From Rotaria socialis (taxonomy: Eukaryota), in contig CAJNYD010000003.1 of NCBI GenBank assembly GCA_905331295.1, forward strand, positions 1 through 64,000: a stretch of DNA of 64,000 nt, written 5' to 3'. The notes under the pieces were generated by a model. That model worked only from the letters and a program-made list of their open reading frames with translations. It searched no databases and was not told the DNA's origin. Both the position numbers and the translations under genes were made by a program. The first letter of the stretch is position 1. The number at the start of each line of letters is the position of its first letter. Below, in pieces: positions 12,862 through 24,832 of the stretch.

Positions 12862-15800
12862 GATAGAAGAATACTATATGCCATGCAACAATTAGTTTCT
12901 ATCCTTTTACGTCAAATTAGTTCAACTATGTTTTGATATTCTATTTTTCTTTTCTTTTTGCCCTAAAGAAAAGCACTTATTTCGATTGCTGTAACGTAAA
13001 ATCATAGAGCAGAAAAGAGAAGAAAAGAAAAGATGCAGAAGCCATAATAAGTTCACTACTTCGTTTCTCTTCTTGATTATTCCTCGTGAATAAAAAATAA
13101 TGAAAGCATGGTTGCACTTTGAAATACATGGTAACTGACAGTTGTCTAGCAAAAGAATACTTAATACAGTAAATGGAATAGTATTGTATTTATCAAGGTG
13201 CATGTCTCATGCAAACTTTAATATAAGCAACTGAAAAAAAAAGGGGTACTTTCTTCGAGTCATATTTATGAGATACATTTCTGAACTTGTCAACGACCTA
13301 ACATATTAATCATTTTCAGACGCTGAAATTTAAATGAAAAGAATAAAATATCACACTGTTTTACTCGATTAGATACCAATGGAAACAAGCTAGAAGTACG
13401 CATTTTTATAACTTGATCTTTAAATTCTATTTCTAAAGATAAATTAGTCCTGAAACTGTAAACAAATGATATACTACACAAAGTTTATACGATTATAACA
13501 ATGAATCACAGATGCGTAAGATTATCTGTATGCATAATTATTAATCAAATGCTTTTGAATTTATGAAGGAAGAATTGCTCTGTTTTATAAATATAGTTTA
13601 ATTAACGGAAGCAATATTTTTAGTCATACAATCGAAAGAAGATAGACATTTTTATGTATGTTTCAACAGAAATGTCACATACATAGTTGATTCAATTTTC
13701 ATTTAGAAACTGAAGATATTTTTTTCGAATGAACGTGAAAAGACATCTATTACCATTCGTGATCCATGTTACTTTTCCTTTATCCAATTTCGTTGGTAAA
13801 CACTAACAGCACCGATTTTTCCTTCTTTTCTTTTTCTTCTCAATCTTTTCTTCGATAATATACTTGCGTTGTCGTACATGAAAAAGAATTCTCTTTTTTG
13901 AATATAAAAGAGAAATTTTGTTCTTCTCTAGTAATGTATTTTCGATCAGCATCATTTCGTAAATCATCTACTAATAAAACGATTTTCTTTTTCAATACAC
14001 ATCCATGAGTCAAATAATAGACCTAGGTTTTCTTCACTATGAATTCCTGATTACACAAAGAGCACCCAAACATATTCTATTATAGAAGATCTTGTTCAAG
14101 AAATTTTATATGACGTTCTTGCACTTTAAATTTTTACACACCTTCAATGTTCGATTTCTACAATGGCACAGACACAGTGATACGCAGCATATCATATCAA
14201 TTTAGCGACAACAGAAAGTGAGTAGTACATTGAATTTTCATGATAAATTTTAATTAACAAAACAAAATGAACAGGTTTGAAGTAAACAAACGTAAGCAGA
14301 ATGGAATGAAGTTGAATAGATAGGATCATGATTAATACTTGCCCAAAATATGAATTTTTTAGTGTCATACAATAGCATCAATTTTTACATATTCGATAGT
14401 CAAAATAGTGTTGAGTGATAGTAAAACTTGTGCTTAAATAGTAAGTTCATATATACTATATATGTTGAGAAATAATATTTTAAGTTGTTAATAAAATGAA
14501 GCAGACAATAAAAAAAGATTATATTAATATTAACTCTTGTAAAGAAAGGGAATATACTACTTGTTGACTATTTCCTACGTATTTTTCATGCTTATTCTTT
14601 GTTGAGAAAATTTTAATTTAAAAATTTTTCTTTCTTATCGACTCAAGCTATAATGTCTATAATATGACATAGCTGAACTGTAAATACGTTAAGCGTCAAA
14701 AAGAAGTTTATGAATACGCATCAACATGTCACCAGATAAAAAACGTAATTATTTAAAGTAAAAATAAAAGAATTTCCGCTTGCTGAAATATTGTTTTTCA
14801 GGAAACTCTTTGCATGCAACTTATCGTTTCTAGGATTTTTCATGCTCATTATTTATATGATGTCACCAATGGAATATAAATCAAATGTCAGAAAATGTGC
14901 TGCTCTCTAAACGACTTTATATGCGTATATATATATATATATATATTTCTTTTTTGATTAGAAAAATTTCAAGTACTATCAATTTTCTTGTGATACATGG
15001 ATCAAAATAAAAAGCATAAAATGGATGGCTTTTGTTGTCTCACAATTCAACTGGCAAGAACGATTCAATTATGTTTGTATTTCTTTTTACTTTTTCTGAT
15101 TTATGCTATGACCTAGATTAAATTGACTTAGATTATAATTTCTCATTAATGTATTGTTGCTAGTTGAATATTTTCCTTTCTTCATAGAACATCTTATTAG
15201 TGACAGAGGAAATAGTGACTTAAAATAGTCGCCAGAGACAACGCTATACTTTCTACGAAATTTGCTGTCTTTGCATAAAAAACCCTTTCTTCTGACACCA
15301 TTTTCTGAAGTTCATAGCAACACAAGTGTGTACTTGTCAATGTAGTTCTCACATCAGAACCCATGTATTTTGAGATAGAAGCATTCATTGTTTTCTTCTT
15401 CATCGCTCACAGTGAACGAATAGTTTAGAATATGTTCAAGTGTTAGTCTCTGATTGTATTCAACAACTTTTTAATTTTCATTCTTTCAGAAATGGAAGAA
15501 ATTTTGCTTACGTGTTACTTTTTTTCTCTTCCATTTTTCACGCTGCTTTTTACACAAATCATATACATACGCAAAAAATATTCTACAAAGAAATCTTCTA
15601 GAGTAAGTAACAAATATAGTGAGGAAATTAATTTTTACCAAGCTTCAACATGAAATGCAAATATTTGTCAAAAGAACCTAAAAAAATAAAACAATAAAAT
15701 AGTAAATTTTTCCTGATCGAATCATTGAGGCGTTATTCTAAATAGCTGCAGAAATAATTTTAAAATTATATGAATTGTTTTGCTTTTGCCCTGTGGAAAA

Positions 15801-16242
15801 AATTATATTCAATTCTTTCTTGTATGAGCGTGAAGAGCAATCAAAAATCTTGTAAAAAAACATGCATTTCATTTTATGACATATCTTTAAGTTTCTTTGA
15901 TGTTTAATGCATTTTTAAAATAAAACAAGTTCACATTTAGGCAAAAATAGAATGACAAAATAATATTTAAGAATTTCTCTGATTGTAGATTTTCTATTGC
16001 ATGTACACTGCAGTCACACAGGAGGTTCTCTTAAATACAAAAAAAAACGTTTTCTGAGAGAATGTGTTATTTTGTATATCATATTCTAAAGTAATGATGT
16101 GTATTAAACGCTTTCAATAGATACCATAATAAATTTATCTCTTATTATCATGTTATAATCCATATTCATGCACGAATACATACTCTTCGTCACGCTTTTC
16201 TCTTCGTTCTTTTTTGTCTCTAGGTTACATCGATTGATAGAG

Positions 16243-16860
16243 ATGATTCTCCTTGTTTTCTACATCCGTCTCTTACGTATTTATATAGTGTTGTTATTCT
16301 TATTTACACTTGCCTGTGTAGTTCGACCTGTACATAGCAAAGTAAATAGTGAAATATTAACATCAACGTTTAACAAATAGTCATTTTACAAAACTATTTT
16401 CGTTTCTATGCGACACATTGTGTCAAACGCGAAAGACTGTACAACTCAATATATATGTATATAGTAGTACGAGTTTGCCATACAGCAGAATTACTATTCA
16501 AGTACATATATATATATACATCCATACGATTCGGTGAAGGTCGTCAGAATCTATAAGAAAATGTATTGAAGTTGACTTTTCTTTTTTTTTCTTTTCTTTA
16601 CAAAATAAAAGCATCTCGATGAAGTTAAAATGGGAAGCTACTTGTCAGAAATGATGTGTAATTTTCTCTTTCTTTTTGTTCTCTTCATTCTAGTAACATT
16701 GTTCAATTTATTAAAAAGGCCTACTGCATATGATGAATTTATGTGTAAAATTCAATATTTCTTTCTAGTAAAATAATACTTGTCTATTCTTTTCAGGCTG
16801 AACAAAAGGAAACCATTAAATATTGCTTCAAAAATGAGCAACCTATTTATAGTCAAGTAA
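16243..16860 (+). CDS. Putative small secreted protein / peptide precursor (about 4 short exons)
   Basis: Exon 16243-16341 encodes signal-peptide-like MILLVFYIRLLRIYIVLLFLFTLACVVRPVHSK followed by a GTAAAT donor. Candidate exons start at 16612, 16719 and 16797 and keep an open frame. Confidence 0.4.
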
Positions 16861-19535
16861 TTCTAGCGTTTTGATTTATCTTTAGTCTTTTGAGTAAGAA
16901 AAATAATTAAAAAACATTTTCTTAAGCACTGATGGGTTCTATTTTGTGATAAATAAATCTAGGGGTGACAGCTTAGCATTAGCATTCTCAGAAGGTAATG
17001 CTAATTCTAATGCTTTTTCATTAGGATATAGAAAGCTATTGACCACTTTTCTTTTAGAATTAATAAAATCAATTGAATGCTTTGGTATAAATATTGAGTT
17101 AGCATTATAATCTAAAGTTAACACTTATAATTCCCAAAAACGAAACAAAACTGTTTTGTTTTTGACAACTTTAGTTCATAGTTGGATAGTTTGATTCTAT
17201 TTCGGAAATTCATAAGTATAACAATGTTAATTCAATGCTAATACGAAAGCAGAGAGTAATTTTTTAAAATTTTAATCCAAGAACATTAAAGTGTTTTCAA
17301 AATCCTAATACAAAAGTATTAGTATTTTTTCCACATTTCTGCTAAACTGATGCTTTCTTTAACAAGCACATTCGTACATTAGTTGGCTTTCTTTCATGGT
17401 TATATATATATATATATGATAATAAGCATAAATATCGTTTTTTTTTCTGAGTTTTATCTGAAAAATCGGTTAATTTTATCGATTTCAATTGGAGCCAATA
17501 AGACTATGTTAAATAAGTTTAATAGTCGAATTTTTTGGCAATATACATACTTATTAACCATGCTCTGCATTTTTAAATTGTAAATCTAAAAAATTCATAT
17601 TTATCTTTCTATTGGTAACACACTTCGGCTGAATGTATATGTGCGAAAAAGTCTTTTGGATTACGAACACTTATTTATTAGTTAGTAAATACTTCATTTA
17701 TATCAAAGCCTAGCTCGATTCTATTTTTCTAAAACAAAAGTGTTATGAGAGTTTCTCACGTTTTTATGTCTATTATTTGCTACCAATTGAGCAAATGTCA
17801 TTTTCTTGCTCGTATATTAGTTTTTTATATTCTTTTAAGAAAATTATATAGATTTAAATTGAAAAAAATGTAACCCTGTTAATATGTTTCTACTATGAAC
17901 AAGTAACAAGAAAAATAACGTAGCAATTATAACAAAGTAAGCAAAAATATTTAACAATATTATACGTTAGCATATTCTCACAAAGTTCTTGTATTCTTCT
18001 AATATTTTTTTTTTGAAAAATAATAGAATCATTCTTGTATTCGACTGCTAAAGTAGATACGTATTATCGATATTTTCTTGCTTAATTTTATTTCTATACT
18101 TGGAAGGCATATTCCTTAAAAAAGCGTCCACCATGAAAACTGATTGAAACAATGTCAAAGCATATACGATGCCATAGTATTTATTTACATGAGTAATCTA
18201 CGATTACATCGTAGTTCATACATCTATTAATATGATTTCTGAATAAGATACAAATAAATTTAGAAAAAAAAACAAAATACTGGAACAATATTGAAAATCG
18301 ATTATTTCTTAGTGAATGATTGATTATATTAGATGTCAATGTTCGATGGCAAATATTCAATAGAACCTATTTAATGTATTTTTATCTGCCAATCTGTCCT
18401 ATATGTAAGTTAGAGTATGATTGTAGAAGAAGCATGCCATAGAGTGTGACAACTGCTTTGCCTGTAATTCTTTTCAGCTTATGCATATACCTTCACGTTT
18501 TACATAGTAAACAGAGTAAGATAAGACGAAGAATGTAGTAACGTAATCATAAATATGTATACTTAGGTTTAACATAATTGAACCGTCGATAGCTGAAAAA
18601 ACACAAATAAGCTAACATATCAGCATCTTGATGAGTAATAAAGAGTAAGTGTGCGTTATAATATGAAAATATTCGATTTCATCCTAAAACTTTATACTTA
18701 AATTGGATGGTTTTACCAGGAGAATAACACTAAAGAAACAGTACATATTTATTTAGGGACAGTAATATGCATAGTCGTAATTCGAATTCATTTTTCACAG
18801 GAGATTATCGCATTATAATAGAAATTACGTTAGAAAATGTGTAACAGTATAGTATGATTGAATTAGAAAACGTGCTTTTTGAAAGTAATCTACTTGGTAT
18901 ACAAGTGGAAGTTAAACTTTGATTACCAGAAAGAAAGAAAAACAGATAACTTTTACTTTATTTTTTTCGAACCTTTGATTTTTTAAAAATATTTATAAAG
19001 TAATACTGATACATTGATCATCATTACAAACATTTCAAACAAAAAAGCTAAGTACTACTATTTAACTTGTCGATTATCTAGATAAAACGATTTACTTTTG
19101 AAAATCTATTGGAAACGGTACACATACGTAAACTACCTCGAAAATTGCTCATTTTTTACAAATGAAACTTTTGAATACATCGATTCACACAATAATTAAC
19201 TTCCAATATAAGTTCGAGAAGTCACATTAAGATTCTGAGAACGCAACCATCAAAAATTGTAAATATTCTTTTTTTTTTGAATGGAACAATAAATACGATT
19301 TTTTTCAGACGTAGTTAATAATCGATATTCTTTCGTGAAATGAATGCATACTTCATTGGAGAGTTGTTAGTTTTTGTCTTTTACATATTGGAATTAATAG
19401 AAATAAATAAACTCAATACGGATATGTGATAGAGTATTCTTTTTTAATGAATATTCAAATAATTTCAGATTTTAATGATTGAATACTCGTGCATTCGTTC
19501 TACGTAGTTATTGCTATCTTGTTTATTATCATCTA

Positions 19536-21712
19536 ATGTCGAAAATCGATTCATTTTACAATTCGATAGTATGTTCAAAAAAAAAGTTATTCCACACTTG
19601 TTTTATTCTTGGTTTATTTTCTTTGGCATATCTATTTTTTTATAAAAATGAGTTCAGTTCTACTGTTGCATATGCTGGAAAGGTTTTAATACCATTGATT
19701 CAATTTGATGGAAGCCATTTAGAAGTCATACCATTAATAGCAAAAAATCAAACTATAATAATGGCAACAACTGTTACAAGTACACAAACTACTACGAATA
19801 CGAATACGACTGCCCAACAAGTAGATAACAAGAAATCAGTTATCCAGATGAACATGAATTTCACGAGTACATTCAATGATACGCACAATACAAATGTATC
19901 TAAACAACCTAAAGAAGCATTTGTAACTTTTAGTAATAATCAGCCAAGTTATTTAGCTTTGCTCAATGTTTTATTAGATTCTGTTCATGCTTTTTCGACA
20001 CGACCTATTATAGCGTTTGGAATCGATGTTGATCTAAATATTGATGAAACCAAATATCCTCGTGTTATCAAACGACGTATAGCACAAAGTGATTGTGGAC
20101 CGGTAAGCTAGATTGTTCTTTTATCAAGTTAATCAGAGAATGTTTTCCTTCCTCTATTTCCAATGTTTGTTTGGTTTTTATCGATGATGCAAACGTTTCA
20201 AATGAAGTTTTTACTATAGATAGAACACCAGAACTAATAAGACACAACTCATGATAGTATATTTTGATACGAATAGTGGTGTTTTATTTATCTGAAAGTA
20301 CACATTTTAAATGAAAACCCATGCTGATAAACTATGACCTCGATCAAACTTTGTCTGTTGGCACACAACATTTTCTCTTTGAGATGTGTAAGATTAGTAT
20401 CTACGAGCTAGTTTTCAACTTTTCTCTAAAGTCCACTTTCGTTGTTTTCTTCTAGAATAGAGATAGGTAAAAATTCTTTACCGAAACTTGAGAAGAGTAA
20501 CAATGCACATCATACATATGTTTTATGAATATTTTTAGTCTGTCTATTTTTGTAAAATACATGCTATTGTGAGTAGTAACGTTGAATATGGTGTTCTCAT
20601 GGAAACTGATGACGTTGTGAATTATAATGTCGACGTGCTCTTCGATGTTCTTCATGTATGGCCATATCCATTACCATTGAGTCCACGTCATCCCGATGAT
20701 CCACAAAACTATGATTTATATATGAAAAGACATAACGTTTCGAACCGTACAACACCCTACATTCATGCTCACATCATTTGGAACTATCGTGCTATGCCAT
20801 TTTTAAAAAGACTTCAGTCTCTTTTACAACAAGGTGATTTTCAAGGTGCCAATTTTGATGAAACAGCTGTTAATGTTATGTTATGGAAAGCGGGAGCTAA
20901 TCATACACTATGCAAATATGGTAAGATATTTTTCAGTATCGTGAATAACTATAGTATTGCTTAAAGATTAGATCCTGATATTTTGCTTATTTTCTGAAAG
21001 ATGGCTTAAAAAAAACATCTTAAAGATTTAACAATATTCACCAACCTAGTTTCACAAAGCTCTACCATATTTCGGATGAAAATATCTTCCATTACTATTT
21101 CGTTGTTTTTAAAATAAATTATAGGACATTGTTTGTTTCAAGGCTAATGCATTTATTTGAAATACATACCTATCCGTATGTCAATTCATAAACACTAGCT
21201 AACATTAATAAATTTTGTTTCACTGGAATTTGTTTTTCTCAATAAATTAAAATGTTCAAGTCAAAATCGTATTCTTATTTTATATTTAATATATCTTTAT
21301 TAAAGTGTATAATAGAGATTAATTAATATAATAAATATTTTCAACTATTATATGTAAAAGTTAGCAATCGAATCGAGATGTTTTTAAAAAGAAAACAATG
21401 CTAAAACAATTGATGTATTTTTATTTAGATCCTTACCATACTTATGGTGACGCTTATATAAGGTGGCCTAAGATAACAAACTGTTCACAATATTGCTACA
21501 CAGCATTCATTACTCTACACGGTTGTAAAGAGCACCAGGTTTCATCAGATCTTTTAACTACACTTAAAGCGAATGCCGGTAAACCAGTTGTACAAACGTT
21601 TGGTATGGGAGGCATGAAGCATATCAATGACGCAACTGCAACGTGTTGCTATCCAGATAGTAAACCATCACCTATTCATCCACTACTATGTGAACACAAT
21701 CTACTAAAATAA
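19536..21712 (+). CDS. Type II membrane glycosyltransferase-like protein (probable GT-A fold), copy 1, 3 exons (19536-20102, 20539-20920, 21429-21712)
   Basis: N-terminal TM helix, Thr/Asn-rich stem, KEAFVTF...LLDSVHAFSTRPII, DxD-like METDD motif, GANFDETAVNVMLW. Colinear with the paralog at 23200; canonical splice sites. Confidence 0.75.
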
Positions 21713-23199
21713 TTTCAATTTGATATTTGATCTAAGATTTAAACTATTCTATTTATTCAATTTAGTGCTTACTAATAGGATAATATTATTCTTTTGAAAT
21801 AAAGAAATGATACTGTTTTATAATGTTCATGCTTTTAGTAACTTCTATTGAAGATAATATTAAGAAGTATATAAAATTTTGATTATGAAAAATCTTTACG
21901 GCAAACAGTATTCCTTGCTTTCTACAGTATTTAAGCATTCTTTTATCTTGTTAATTATTTATGAAATTCGCCATACGTATGTAATATATTATTATTATTA
22001 TGAACCACTAGATCAAGCTTCTTGCACCAAAATAACATAAAATTAAAGTTACTTTTAAAGTTTCACTGTAAACATGTCTATATATAGAGAGAGAGACTAA
22101 TGTTTTAATAGGATACTAAAAGAAGAAGTTGTATTGATAAATGCTTTTTTGTTTGTTTTTGAATAATAGATATTTTGTTATGTTCAATCGGTATCAAAGC
22201 TAATTTGATGAAGTATAGACAATAATCAAAAACTATAAAAATAAAATGATGAGCCAGTAGATAGATTTCTACTTTAGTATTGTAATTAAACTGAAGATTT
22301 TTTAGAATAATGATTATTTTCATAAAAAATTTCAGTGTAACCTCGTGCATGACTAAGAGTGTCGAACTCACATCGTCCGTTGTGTGTTACGATTTGATTC
22401 ATTGCTGCTATACAATAATGATAGTCTGTAGTAAATAGTTTGTTAACTAAATGGATAAAGTTTCCTACTAGAATATATCAAGAACTAAATATTAATATTA
22501 ATATTATATATTTTCTCATAAATTAAAAATCATTTCGTTTTGAATACTATTTTACTTATTTTTCATTCTGATTAGTATATTTACTTTGAATATGATAGTT
22601 TGGAAAAGTGAAATATGCCAATCTGAGAACATAAATCTTATTATTTTTGGGCTTAATTCGTTTTGTTAAAGATATTGCTTGTACTAAAGCAGTCAATACA
22701 GTTGTTAAAATGGTATTAAAAGTACACTATAGTACAATTTCTCGTTGCTACGAAAACATATAAGTAATCTATTGCATTTTTTTTGTCACCCACGATTTAA
22801 ATCTTAATACCTAATGTACGACGGAGAGTGTGAAATGTGTATACTTTACGTTTATTTATGAAATATTTGAATTAAAAAGAATTCGACATCAAACTAAATA
22901 TGTAAGCAGTAAGAAGAAAAGAGAAAAAATGCATAATCTTTTATTTGTAAAGGTAAACTAACAGCCACGAAAAAGAAAACTAAAGAAAGAAATGAACTGT
23001 TTATTCGTTCTTTATTTTGAGAGATGAAGACAAAGCGATTTAGTTAAAAAAATCAGCGAACGCTGCTACATATATTCTCAACAATATTGCGCTGTGAATT
23101 TTGTTTTGATGATCAATACTTGCTGTAGAAAAGATCGATTTAATTCATTAAAAAAAGTAGTATTTCGTTATTCTTTATAAATTTTCAACATACACATCA

Positions 23200-24231
23200 A
23201 TGAATCGATCGTTCATCGATAAACGATCTCTATTCGTTCGGCTAATATTAATATTTCTATTCTCTCTAATAATCTATCATCAAACGAATATACCGTTAAA
23301 AAATTATGTACCACATATTTTTTCACAACAAAGTCAAAGTTTATTCAATCGAACAAATTACCCAAAAGAAGCTTTTGTTACATTTACAAACTCACGGCAA
23401 AATTATATAGAATTACTCGATATACTTCTTGATTCTATTCATTTATTTTCTATACGTCCAGTAATTGTTTTTTCTATTGATTTTGATTTAATAATCAATT
23501 TTACACGACATCCACATGTTACAGTAGAACGAATATCACAAAAGCAATGCGGTCCAACAATATTTACATGTAAACTTTTAGCAATTGTTTCCAGTGAAGT
23601 AAACTATGGTATACAACTTGAAGCTGATTCTGTGGTTAATTATAATATTGACATACTTTTTGATATGCTTCATATGTGGCCATATGATCTTCCACTAGCA
23701 CCTAAACATCCAAATGATCCTCAAAACTATCGATTCTACATGGAGCAATATAATGTAAAATATAGAACAATACCATATATGCATGGTACTTTTGTATGGA
23801 CGTATCGGGCATACCCGTTTATTCGTCATGTTCTTGCACTTATGCAACGTGGAGCTTTCATGGATGCTAATTGTGACGAAACAGCGATGAATATTATGTT
23901 GTGGAAGGCTAAGGCAAATCATACATTATGCAAATATGATCCATATGGTCCACTATATATTGAGAAGTATGAGAAACCTGAGAAGACACCTGCATGTTTA
24001 CCTTATTGTGATGGAGTCTATCTTGTTTTTCACGGTCAAAAAGAGAGTTTAGTTTCGAAAAATATATTTAAACGTTTACGTTCACTTGGTCCTCATCGAC
24101 CATTTGTTCAAACAGCACAAGGTATAAAATGGTTTAATGAAACAAACGTTACATGTTGCCATTCATCAGCAACAAGACCATCACCATTACATCCAATGCT
24201 CTGTGAATATGATAGGTTTGATCTAGGATAG
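23200..24231 (+). CDS. Type II membrane glycosyltransferase-like protein, copy 2, intronless (343 aa)
   Basis: Single ORF with N-terminal TM, KEAFVTF, LEADS (DxD-like), PKHPNDPQNY, DETAMNIMLWKAKANHTLCKYDPY and C-terminal CC...PSPLHPMLCE shared with copy 1. Confidence 0.8.
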   Translation: MNRSFIDKRSLFVRLILIFLFSLIIYHQTNIPLKNYVPHIFSQQSQSLFNRTNYPKEAFVTFTNSRQNYIELLDILLDSIHLFSIRPVIVFSIDFDLIINFTRHPHVTVERISQKQCGPTIFTCKLLAIVSSEVNYGIQLEADSVVNYNIDILFDMLHMWPYDLPLAPKHPNDPQNYRFYMEQYNVKYRTIPYMHGTFVWTYRAYPFIRHVLALMQRGAFMDANCDETAMNIMLWKAKANHTLCKYDPYGPLYIEKYEKPEKTPACLPYCDGVYLVFHGQKESLVSKNIFKRLRSLGPHRPFVQTAQGIKWFNETNVTCCHSSATRPSPLHPMLCEYDRFDLG

Positions 24232-24832
24232 TTTTGTTTCTATCTTTTGTATTAATTTATCAATTACGCTTTTAGTAGATAGGTATGAAGCAGATTAAAT
24301 CAAATATTGAACATCGTCAGGAAAATATATCTCTTCATTAACGATATTACTTATAATGAAATTGACACTTCATTTGATTTCGTTCTCAGTCCTATTTTGT
24401 TTTTAAATTATCAGTCTTACATATCACATGTGAAATTAATTTAATTTGAGCATTTGTATAACTAATTTGGCTTAATTTCAAGAAAAAAAAGATTTGAAAC
24501 AATCACATATCTGCTACTTCTATCATAAACGATATGAGGATAATGCTGAGATGTCACGATTCTTTCTGAGTCTAGCTTTACAAAGAACATTTTATATTTT
24601 ATGGAACACGATTATTTGTTTCTAGATTTATCATAATGGGCTTTTATATTGTTAGTCAACATGTAGCTATATTGTTTCATGAATAAGTTCGTATATGTTT
24701 CACAATGACAATTATTAGTATGATTAATTTCTATTATTGTTATATATGTAATTAGTTTCATTTTTTTTAATTTTGTCAAATATTTTATTAAGTTTAATTT
24801 TCATACAAATCAAGTCTGATACTTTACATCCA

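Noticed and set aside
15197..15403. 68-aa minus-strand ORF
   Set aside because: No recognisable motif or splice partners.
16939..17124. Coding-looking fragment NEKALELALPSENANAKLSPLDLF
   Set aside because: No ATG and no recognisable family; possibly a pseudogene remnant, but unsupported.
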